Translations under genes and position numbers: made by a program
Assembly: GCF_030684315.1 (NCBI RefSeq)
Contig: NC_081385.1
Span: forward strand, 29,169,247 to 29,233,246
DNA: 64,000 bases
DNA from: Stegostoma tigrinum
Lineage: Eukaryota
Direction of reading: 5' to 3'
The notes under the pieces: generated by a model
What the model was told of the DNA's origin: nothing
The model's input: the letters and a program-made list of their open reading frames with translations, nothing else
Databases searched by the model: none
Shown here: piece by piece, positions 24,376 through 35,480 of the stretch
How the letters are laid out: each line of letters starts with the position of its first letter
Numbering within the stretch: the first letter of the stretch is position 1

Positions 24376-26479
24376 TTGAAGTGCTTGTACAGCCGCCATG
24401 TCATACACTCGTAACTGATTGTAATATGTACCATAATGCACAGGACATTTGAGAATTCAACAGAGCCTTGACAAAGGCATTAGCTTGGATTCAATGATAA
24501 TGGCCTCATTTCTAAGGCAAAAGTTAGTGGATTAAAGTTGGAGGTCTAGAAGTTATAGCTCATTATCTAGGATTGCACTTCAGTAGCAGTCTAAGTGAGT
24601 GTTGCACTGTTAAGAGTGAACACCTCTTCAATGAGATGTTAAGGCATGCCTCTGTTGGTCTTTTCAGGTGATTGTGAAAGGATCCACATAAGATGTATTT
24701 CCTAATAGCACTAAAAGAAATGTAAAAATTGTGCATGCTGTACATCAATTGGCTGCCTCATTTGCTTAGCCTAGAGCAGCAACAACAGTTCAATAACACT
24801 CCAATAGTTGCAGAGTCACTTCAGTTATCCACAAGTCATAAAGAATATTCAAATCTATAGAGTACTTTTACAGCACAGATACAGATCTTTCAAATCAGGC
24901 CCATTGTTTATGTTTCACATGAGCCTTCCTCCACCCTTCCACCTTTGTCTTTCACTCCAAGAACTTATCTAACCCCTCAATAAATACTTTCATGCTGGTC
25001 ATTTCAATCACTCTTTATGGTAGAGAGTTAGACCTTCTAACCAGATTCTTTGTACAAAGATTTTTCATGAATTCTCTATTGGATTTATTAATAATTATTG
25101 CATAAGGCAGTTAGTACCTTAAAGGGTTAACTGTCACTACAAGATTAGTTCTCTCCATCAAAATCTAAAGCTAGCCAGTTCGCCATGTATTCACTGGCAT
25201 CTGTATAGTGCTTCAGCAAGCGTTAAGAGCACGTAGCTAAAATAATAATGTTTATTCACTCTTAGGTTAAGCCTCGTGTCTCATAAGAGAATATCATGTA
25301 TCCGATGTCACATAACTAGTTATTAAGATGTATGAAACCAATATATTTTTTCTACATCTTCTACCAAAGATGTCCATGTTGCATTCGTCATCACACCATC
25401 CCAGTAGCTTAGACTAATACCAATGAAAAGGCATGATGGAAGAGAATCAGAAAATTCCAGATGTTATGTGACACTGTAATGGTAACTATCTTATATTTAT
25501 GGTCTTTGGTTCTGGTATTCTGCAAAAGGTGGGAACAACTCCTCTATGTCTATTCTTTCAAATCTTTTCATAACTTTAAAAGTCTCTGTCAAGCTATTTG
25601 AGTTTTCTCCTCTACAGAATAAAAGCTCTAGCATGCTCAATTATTCCTGATCGGTAAAACTTTTCAGTTTGGGGTCATTTGTGTTTTTTGCATCTTCCTT
25701 CGAGCCTCTATATTTAAAAAAAATGAATACCAAAATTGTGCATAGTGTTCAAAGTGCAGTCTCTCTCATCAATATTCTAATACTTAAGTAGCTTTGTACC
25801 TGAGATGGCACCATTAGTGGCAACTTTGCAAACTTTTCACTTCACTCATGTGAGGACATGTGACAATAAATCTAATTCTAATTCTAATTCTAGCTATTCC
25901 TGCCAATGGATCTATTGTCAGGGTGTGTCACACTGGTGTCTTGTGCCATCCTCACACATTCACTGTCGCTCAGCTACAGTAACATCTAATCATCCAGCAA
26001 TGCCGAGATTGACCTACCTTTCCACTGCTCTCCCCTTTGCTATCCAGAAGGGATTTCTGTAGCTCTTCAGCTCTGATCAGTTCACCAAAACACAGATATT
26101 TTCCATAAATGATGTCATTTTTCAAGCATTCTTTTCACTGTTGCAATTCAAAGCACCTCATCATTTATTTTATGCTCTGAGTGTGGAATTTTTAGCATAC
26201 TTCTGAGCATTCAGATTTTATATCCTCTATTTTCTTCCACAGATCTTAATACCCAGGTTTCTGAGACATATTAGAGTGTGAATAGAACACTTCTGGCTAT
26301 CTCTATCCTATCCAGATTTCAGTACAAGAATCATATTCTGTTATCATTGGTTCTAAACAGACAAATATGGTGCAGTTTAGCCATTGTTTTATATCAGTTT
26401 AACACATTAGCCAGAATCTTATAGGGGTCTAAGCAATGTGGGCTATAGTGAAATTGGTGGTAGATTGAGAGGACAAGTC

Positions 26480-28700
26480 CATCAAGGCCGAGCTCAATAT
26501 TGGTGATTCTCTGTAGGTAATGGCAAGTTACAATTAAGAGAGGTTATTGTTTGGTAAGCCCCTTGTTCTTGACCCATTCACCTCAATAATATTTAGCTTC
26601 CCTTCTGCCTTGCAAAGAGGTGTCATTTGTACACACTGCTGCTGCACGCCATTCACCTTGACTCTGTCGTCCACTGCCTGGCAACACCTTACATACTTAT
26701 TTTCCGCCAGGCAGCAGGGATCCCCGGTAGAAGGCTTTCTACTCAGGTGTCCTCCAGTTTTCCATCTGGAACCTGGTGTGGGAGCAGTCCCTTCTGACCG
26801 CAGATTGCAGAGGCTCACAGACTCCCAACCCAACTGTTTATTTTGTGTGGACCAGGTATATATTTGCTGGAGGTGTTGCACTCCCTTTTTAGTTGTTTGA
26901 AAAATCATTTGTTGTGCTTTTTGTAACACTTCAGCCCCATGCTCCCGATCTTTGAGCATCTGATACAGAGGGGTGTGGGCAGATGAGGGGGCCTCATTGT
27001 GGGTCTGCTTCTGGGCCCAGCCAGGTTGGCTATTAACAGGTCAAGGCAACGAGCTGTGGAAGGGGTCACTTCTGCCAACTGCCTACCCCTCTTCTGTGGT
27101 TACATTCGTGCCTGGAGATGTTGGAGGGGGAAACATGGTGTCCACCAACATTCTCGATGTCTTTGGAGAGAGGTTGGCACCGCAGGGGATACAGTGCTTT
27201 ATCTCCCCTTCCAACTTGATTTAGTCCCTTCCAGCTCTTCCTATTCTCCCCTTATCTTGACAGTTAGCATTGCCCTTAAGGGGCTTCAAATGTAAATATC
27301 CAATTGACCACACGGGTGATTTACAGGTGGTGGTTAATCATTACAGCCAAAATATTTGATGATAAAAAAAAGTTCAGTACTGTGTGACAGCACTTCTGGA
27401 TATAAAAACAAAGAAGAATATTCAGTTTCCTGTCTTATCACAGATGCCAAATAAGCTTGACATTGAGAAAACGTAACCTGGAAACCAGAGTGGATGCCTG
27501 GAAAATTCTGCTTGACCCTTGGTGTGAAAGACCTCCATGTTGGACATCAGGCACCAGTATGTCAGGTCATACTGCATGGGTACCAGCCACACACACCTCA
27601 CATCCATGGACTCCGACAACTGGCATGTCCAGCCTCAAAGATCCCTCATGGCCCAGTGCCAACTCACTTACAGGACGTATTTATATTTCAATGCTGCCCG
27701 TCGGGCTGTGCTGATAACTTTCATTGTAATGTGCTGAAAGAACACTGCGCACACCCAGCTCAAGGACTGGACCAGGCTGCATCTTTGGGCTTTTCACTTG
27801 CTGTCATAATGCTCACTTAGCTCTCAGCAATCCTGACTTGCCAAGTTTGGTACTTTGCCCTCTCAGCCAAAGAAACCAGGCTCAAATTATTTGTGTCTTA
27901 CAACCCTTCAACCATAAAGCTTGTGATGGTTGCCAGCAGGCCTCAGATAAGTCAAACAATATTGTCTTCACTCGCTATTGGGGAGGTGCGGGCCAAAACG
28001 AGTACTGTCTCCAGTGCCAGCCCAGGGTTAGTCAGCCACTTGGGGCAGTCAGAATCAGGACAGTCTTGGGACAGATCTACAGCACAATGCACCTTGAACC
28101 TTCCTGTCCTACTTGGGGCTGTTTTCCCTCTGGAAGACAGAGGCAGGCATAAGGGGAGATGAAAGTGGGTAACACAGCTACTACTTTTGTTACAGATAGG
28201 GAGATGCCCTCAGCAAGCGAATAGGTAGCGCAGATGGCATGCAGAGTAGTATTGGGCATTAGGGTGGGTGACAGCAAGTGAAGATGGATGTTGAAGACAA
28301 TAGTCCGAATGCCACAGCCTTGGTGAGAGGTGGATGCAGTAGTAGCAGAGATAGAGTGAGGGTAAAAAAACAGGAGACAATGTGGAATGGAGAAGGATAT
28401 TGGCCTTTCTCCAGCAGTATTGGACATTATTCCAGATGGCTCAGACTACTTTTATCTGAGTGCCAACCTCAGAGCAGTAGGGCATGGTCTGGTGTTGCGC
28501 CCTCCTCAGCTGGCCCTGGGACAAGAGGATAACCTGTACCTCCACCTGTACTAGCCCTTGCAGAATCATCTCTAGGTCCCCGCCCACACAGTGGGGAACA
28601 CATTTTCCCCTTTCTACCATGTCCAGGGTAAATGTGTACTGTGCCGGTCAGCTCTGGGCTGATGACCTTGCCTGGGTACACAACAGGCTTTTAAACATGG
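26480..28700 (-). mobile_element. Highly decayed non-LTR retrotransposon, possibly L1/Tx1-like
   Basis: GC-richer block with many short overlapping ORFs and a loose resemblance to Tx1 ORF2 C-terminal motifs. No clean motif was recovered. Confidence 0.35.
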
Positions 28701-28849
28701 TGTAGTGCAAGGGATGCTGGTTAATTCTGGGACTAAAACTGAACATGAGGGATGCCGCGGTATGGTATGGTACGGCAAGCAAATGGCAAGGCTTTGCGGT
28801 GATAAACCCTTTACAAAAACCCTGAAAATTTTACTTTCCACATTTTAGA

Positions 28850-29400
28850 TCAAGTGTGGATATTGTCCAGATTGTGTTGCGTTTGAACATGGCCTGCTTC
28901 AGTATCTGATGAATCGCGAATGGTGTCGAACTTGTGTGCAATTATTGGCGGACATCCCCATTTCTGACCTTATAATGGAGGGAAGGTCATTGACGAGGTT
29001 GCTGAAGACGATACAGCCTTGGGCAGTACCAAGAGGAACTCCTGCAGAGATGTCCTGGAGATGAGATAACTCATCCCCAAGAACCATAACCATCTTACTA
29101 TGTGCCAGATATGACTCCAAACAGACGGGAGCTTTCTCCCTGTTAGCTTTTGATTCAGGATTTGCCAGGGCTCACTGATGTTACATTAGGTCAAATGAAG
29201 CCTTGATGTCAAGAGCTGTCATTCTTACCTCACCTCCGGTATTCAGCTCTTTTATCCATGTTTGAACCAAGGCTGTAATAAGGTTGAGTTGAGTGGCCCT
29301 GGTGGAACCCAAACTGGGCTTCACTGAGCAGATTATTGTTGAGCAAGTGCTGCTCGATAGCATTGTTGATGTTACTTTACTCATGTCAGATGATGAAGGC
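28850..29400 (-). mobile_element. CR1/L2-group LINE RT fragment (same family as 57495-59590)
   Basis: LITALVQTWIKELN...VRMTALDIKASFD and ESYLAHSKMVMV...SAGVP. Confidence 0.8.
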
Positions 29401-30569
29401 TCACTGGTGATTCCCCTAGAGTCGAACTGCCCATTTTGTGCATTCAAAACAGTCACCTCCAAACTAAACTGTATGATGGAAATTAGCCGCTCATCCCAGT
29501 TGTATTATGGCCGAGGCCAGAAAAAAATCAGAACTATATGGGTTGGAAACAGTTAATGGCAATAATTCAATCAAGGACTTTAAATATCACGAACATTAAA
29601 GGAGAGAATTCTAGTTCTAAACGCTTTTACATGTGGATATAATTTTTGAAATATAGATGTTTTACAAATCAGTTACAGCTGACGACCAAGAGCTTGTAAG
29701 ATTTTCAGCTATTAAATCTAATGTCATCAAACATCCCAGCTGACCATAATCACCTGGGAAGATGAAGACAATGTCGTGTAGGCACAAGGATTAATAGAAA
29801 TGTATAATCTTGCAATGGATTAGGAAGGTATTAACTCCCAGTGTAGATTATGCAACACTATCTGCAGTCAACCCAAGTTTCTTTTCTTTCCTGTCTCCTT
29901 GCTCATCTTCTCAACAGAAATAAATATCACAGGCTGCAAGATAACTACAGTTAGTGAGCAGCAACTTGCCAGGAAAATTCTGTGAGCAAGACTCCATCTG
30001 CAGGGGCCAGCTTCAGTTAGAGTTAAAGTGCATCGACATATAAAGTCTCCCACATGTGAAGAAATGTTTTATTTTTATCTGTTACATAAGCGATATGCCT
30101 GTATGTAATTTTTACAAACAAGAGTCCATGAGGTGAATTATCATCTCGCAGTGGAGGTATGAATTTTGTTGTGAAACATTGAGTTTGGTTTTGGGCAGTT
30201 TTCCTCTGAATTTCTGATCCTATGCCCTTTCTTGTGTGGCTTATTTGCACATCAGGAAGGTCTTGGAAAATGCAAATGTTCCTCTCCAAAGGTTGAGTTC
30301 CCATGGTGAGGACCACAAGAAAATTGTATCTGTTCCCTCGCCCGACTTTCACTTGCTAACAGTCACTCAATATTGCAATGGATTAGAAGTGGATGAGAAG
30401 ATTTACATTTTATTTTGAACTCGACACCAAACAATCGTCTGAATCCTGAGATTTATACATCACAATTTTAACTCTATTCTCTGACCTGTTTATTGTTTAA
30501 GCAGCATGACAATGAAACCTGCATGTGTAGATAGTTCAGATAAATGTCATCTCCACATCAATGCTGTCA

Positions 30570-30960
30570 GTGAGGATCTTTTGGCGTACTGGTGGTAACC
30601 CAGCCTCCAGGCCACAAGGTCTGGGTTCAAGCTCCCCCTCTGCCCGACCTTGCTGTTTCAAAATACTATCAGGCTCACAACTCTTTCTGACAGAACATGC
30701 CAGACACAGGTTGGTTAGGGAATTACCTAAACACAATAATTTGCATCTGCAAAATGTAGTGCAGTAGTAAGTGTCTGTATCTCTGGGTCAGAAGGCCTGC
30801 ATTGATGTTCTAACTGCTCCAGAGTTATGACAGAGCAGGTTGACTTTTAAAAATATCTGCAAGGGGTTGTCATTGTAATATCCCTGCATCTGGCTAGAAT
30901 ATCCAAGTTCAATTTTCACTTACCCCAGAGGTATGTCATAACAGGCTGTTTAAAAATATT
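30570..30960 (+). mobile_element. Cluster of three short decayed tRNA-like SINEs
   Basis: Three consecutive units of about 100-150 bp. Two show a B-box-like GTTCAA; the second and third resemble 36785-36880 (+) and 20925-21025 (-). Confidence 0.5.
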
Positions 30961-31341
30961 TCTTGTTTGATGCTTGCTAGGTGAGAACACAAATTTGACA
31001 ATACATCTGTGTGACGCTGTATACATCAGGGTTCACCAACTCAGCTTGGAACTGGTGAGATTCGCAAATCAGTGGCTTACACAAATTGACACAGTGGTAC
31101 GTGGGTGCAGCACCAACTTACAAATGTCTGTTGACATTCTATAGTTTACACCTTCCTCTGTTGGACAATGCATTGACATGGTACAAAGAACATTGACACG
31201 CAAGCAGCCTATCCGGTAAAACTAGACAAAATCCATTTGCTTTAAATGGGGCTCACAGCTGCAGGGCAGTGACACAGTTTGGTTAACATGAGCTGAACAC
31301 TTTGTTATTTTGTCTCTATCTGAGTCGTAATGATATTTTGA

Positions 31342-33850
31342 GAGGGATTCTTACCATGCGGTCTGGTGTGCTTTCTCATCCGATCTTACCATACCCACCT
31401 CCATGATTCCCTACCTTGCCCCTGTGATGCCTCTCATATCCAATTTCTGCCCCATCTTATCATGTGCCATTTCCAGAATGGCTTGCCACTGCGGGTATTT
31501 GCCAAAACACTGGCAACTCTTGCACCACTTTGAAGCTACCTTTACTTCAGAAATGGTCAAAAATGGCATCTGGACATTTTGGAGAAGGGAAAGACGGCAT
31601 TGCAGTTCTCTGACAGAGGCCTGCAGGCCCTGGAGGACAGAGTGGTCCAGAACAGGTCACTGTCCCCAGTGACCATGCCACCAATCCTGCCAGCCTGGGT
31701 CAGTGCCATCTCCAGGTGCAGTGGAATGGGCAGCAATGCAGAAAGAAGGTCAATAATCTTCTCCAGTCTGCCAGGGTGAGTCTCTCCTCGCTGCTACATC
31801 ATGCTCACTACATCCCTGTTACTGCAGCCACACCTCCCTTTAAAAGCCCTATACTCGATGTTTCCTGCAGCAAAGGCTCATGCTCTGCCACCATCATTAA
31901 TGCCTGTAACACCCTCTAATCTGCTCTCGTTCTGCGCCCCCATCTCCCTCTGAGGCAATGCCCTCTGTGTTGCCTCCTCAAACCCTTTGGTAAACTTCAC
32001 CAACTTTACCTCAGATGTACCAACATTTACAGCCATGCTACCAACTCATTTACCCTTTTTGCTCATCTCAGGAGAAGACAGCCTATAAGAGGGCAGAGAG
32101 AATCCTTATGGGAGGGCCTCCATGTCCTCACCCCCTATAAGGAAGGAATCCTGCCCTTGGAACAGAAACCTGGGAATGCTCCTGTGGGGTTGCCAAGACA
32201 AGAGGTTAAGTACCACTGTTCATTCCATTGCAACTTCCACATTAATCCTGCTGCTACTCTCAATCATTGTACATGACTACTAATGAGTGATAGTAGGAAC
32301 TGCTGATGCTGGAGTCAGGGATAACACAGTGCGGAGCTGGAGGAACCCAGCAGGCCAGGCAGCATCAGAGGAACAGGAAAGCTGATGTTTTGGATCGGGA
32401 TCCTTCTTCAGAAAATGACTCCTAATGGCTTCTAATCACTGGCTGCAACGCTTTCTCTCTCTTTGGTCTTGCAGGTTGCCTACTCAATACCTAAGCAGGG
32501 AAATGCCCAACTGCCCCAGAAGACAAGAGTATGGAGACATCAGGAGAAGCATTGTAAAGGCCACTATCTGCACCCCACTCGCTCAGGTACTGACAACCCA
32601 GGGACAGTAGGAATGTAGCTAGACAGTGTGGATACAGGAGTGGGTCCTGCACTGCTGCCAATCAGGGACTTCACCTAAATGCGCTGGGCAGTGCAGCAGC
32701 AGCTACAATTGCCTTCATTGCCTCAGAAGCTGGACAAGTGCAGTAAATCTTGTGGCCATCTGGCCAGCTTCATGGAGAGGTTGACAGCTGCCGCGGAGAG
32801 CTGGGTGGCTTCAGGAGCTGCTGGTGTGCTCCCACAAGTGGCACACCATCACTAAATCCATTGATCCTCGGGTCTGAGGACATGGTGTAGGTGTGGTCAC
32901 ACCCTGGGCCTTTGGCACTGGCTGCTCAGGACACTGCAGAGCTGGTTAAGCCCTCCACCTCCACCCTACCTACCCACCTCCAACCTGTGGAAATTTAAAC
33001 CATTGTATAGGATGACCCAAAGGGCTAAACGTGCTGATGATATTCAACAGCTGCATGACCTTAAATGAGTCCTGAGAACATTCCTACACGCACTGAAGCC
33101 GGCACAACCAACATGTTTTTCGATGGCTGTTTTATCTGTGCCTGGCTGGTTGTTGCACAGTATAAGAGAGAGAGGTTTGTTCCAAGCTGCTGGATTTCAC
33201 CTCGAACTGAGATGGCAAACAGTGCCAGGAACAACCTCAGTCTCCATACCAGCCATTGATCGGGGGGTCCCTGACGGGCAGAAGGGTGTGAGGCATATTG
33301 CTCTTTTCCTCTCTTCTTCATTCTTTTTATTTACTTAATAAATGTTCCTTTGATTTTTCATCTTTTATTATTCCTCAACAAATGTTCATATGTAAGCAAA
33401 TTGCTGTTGTCGAGCCTTCTCTTAACTCCATTTAACCGAATCTGAAAACAACCGTTTGCATACACTCAGCCATTGAGAGTCGTCACCTCAGGCAAGAATA
33501 CCCTCAATACATCTAGCCCATCGCAACACAAGTATGTCTGGGGTCAGTCTACAAACCTCCATTGCCAACAGACTCTGCTGCTGAGCAAGCTTCCTCCACC
33601 CCAGCTGGAGGAGTAGGGAGTACACCGAGATGCAGTTGGAGGGGGGTGGTGGGGGGAGGTGGGTATAGAAGAAAACACATTCAATACATTTCAATGACTC
33701 AGGTGAAAATGGTATATTTATCACTCTCAGTTTCTGCATAAATGTTTCTGACATTAACTTTCATATGTTTGTGAGTCACTCCATGTAAGCATTAAACACA
33801 TTTTCATACCATCTCACTGCAGGTCACGGTTTCGCCGACAGCGGTTTGCA
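31342..33850 (+). mobile_element. PIF/Harbinger DNA transposon relic with a spliced Myb/SANT-like gene
   Basis: KGKTALQFSDRGLQALEDRV and WNGQQCRKKVNNLLQSAR, donor GTGAGT at 31776, acceptor CAG at 32069-32071, then EKTAYKRAERILMGGP. This is typical of Harbinger Myb/SANT proteins. The nuclease gene is only faintly suggested on the minus strand near 33450-33800, and the boundaries are approximate. Confidence 0.6.
32286..32414 (-). mobile_element. Solo PLE terminal-repeat insert (family B)
   Basis: Antisense to 10525-10650 and starts at TTCTGAAGAAGG. 13-bp TSD ATGACT(A/C)CTAATG at 32273-32285 and 32415-32427. Confidence 0.85.
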
Positions 33851-34361
33851 CTGAGAACCAATTCCTTTAAGTCTGGCTCCCTTTGTGTGCAAAGGTGTTG
33901 CTATGAAAGAGCCACCAGCAGTTGCTATGTCAGGGAGGTACAACATACATAGAGGATCACCACAGGATAGGCAGCCTGTGTGCTGGACAATGCATGGGTC
34001 TCTTTACAATGTTCTATCCATCTAAAAGCCCTGTGCTCAGTGTTTGGTGTAACCCCTTCCTTCACAGGTCCAGTTATTTACGTTGCCCACTGTGTGCTCA
34101 CAGACATTTTCTTTCCTAGTGTGCATTTTGGATTTGCATCATGATGGAAGAGGACAGGGAGTACTCCTCTGCTAGTGGCTTCCAGCTTCAGCCTGAACAT
34201 AGCACAGAGTACCCAGACACTCACATCCCCTTCCTAGTAACCCATCCCATTAAACCCATAGGTTCACAGTTCTCCAAGTCCCCACCCAACCTGTCTACAT
34301 GTGCCTAAACATGCCAACTTTTCCCATCCAGCGCCTGGATTATGAGGCGGCCATATATCTC

Positions 34362-34955
34362 ATATATATCATATGAGGCAGCACAAAGGAACTACGCAGA
34401 GCAGAGGAAAATCACCTGTACAGTGTATTCAAAAAGAATGGGTACCCTATGAACACAGTCCGCCGATTTCTCAGCAACAAACCCAAACAAACAGACAAAA
34501 CGGGCTCAGAAACCATAACCACTCTCCCCTACATCAAAGACATTTCCGAAATGACTGCCAGACTACTCAGAGCACCCCCCCCTCAAACCCCTGCATCCAA
34601 CACTCAGTACCAGGTTCAATGGTACCAAGTGTGGGGGGGGGGGTCCGAGTAGTCTGGCAGTCATTTCAGAAATGTCTTTGATGTAGGGGAGAGTTGTTAT
34701 GGTTTCTGAACAAACACATTGACTTGGAGCCAATCTACCATCCCCTGAGAAAAAGAACAGAAAATGACATCACCAACCCAAGGAAACTTAACCAGATAAA
34801 TAGAAAGTGGGACATAACACCAGCGCTTCGTCGGAGGCTCACTGATGATGTTACCTAGAATGGTGACAAAACGTCTGAAAACTAACCTTCCAGCTCAGCG
34901 AGGAAACTCACATCCAGAACCTCAACCTGAACTACAAATCTTCTCAAAACTTGCT
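34362..34955 (+). mobile_element. Rearranged Penelope/Poseidon-like element (family D) with an internal inverted repeat and hammerhead
   Basis: EENHLYSVFKKNGYPMNTVRRF...TLPYIKDISEMTARLLR, a PLE RT-thumb/linker region. Inverted arms at about 34506-34570 and 34643-34708. 13-bp TSD GGCCATATATCTC at 34349-34361 and 34956-34968. Confidence 0.85.
34839..34878 (+). ncRNA. Minimal hammerhead ribozyme, family D, with a mutated G12
   Basis: UCA-CUGAUGA(34842-34848)-U-GUUACC-UAGAAU-GGUGAC-AAAAC-GUC(34873-34875)-UGA. Stem I is UCA/UGA and stem II is 6 bp. GAAAC is AAAAC at 34868. Confidence 0.75.
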
Positions 34956-35081
34956 GGCCATATATCTCCTCCTTTTAAAGCCTTCTGTTCCCCCACTTTT
35001 CATAATGTTACTGCACCTTTGCCCAGAACCAGCAGCCCCCATACACTAACATGAATCCCAGTCCCGGGACAACAGCCTCAT

Positions 35082-35480
35082 ATGGAAGAGGCCGGGGGTG
35101 GGGAGATTTTAAAACGGGTGAATTCCATGTTGCTCCTCCAGTTTGCAGGTGGTATCATTGTGGCACTGGAGGTGGCCCAAGATGGACATGTCACTCAGGG
35201 AGTGGGAGGAGGAGTTAAAATGGTTGGTGACTGGAAGATGTTATCGTTTGTCACACACAGAGCGCAGATGCTGTACAAAACAGTCTCCGGGTCTCTGCTT
35301 GGTCTCACCGATGTAGAGGAGGCCATATCGGGAGCAGTGGATACAGTAAACCAAGTTGATAGATGTGCAGGTGAACCGCTGTCTACCCTGGAAGGTTTGT
35401 TTTGGGCCTTGAATGGAGGTGAGGAGGGAGATGTAAGGGCAGGTGTAGCACCTCCTGTGGTTTCCAGGGGTAATGGGGTT
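35082..35480 (-). mobile_element. Penelope-like GIY-YIG fragment
   Basis: RRCYTCP...FTCTSINLVYCIHCSRYGLLYIGETKQR. Confidence 0.88.

Noticed and set aside
31122-31220. Possible minus-strand exon with TTTTGTCTAG acceptor and GTAAGT donor
   Set aside because: It has a stop in the phase needed to follow the signal-peptide exon, and its one open frame resembles nothing I recognise.
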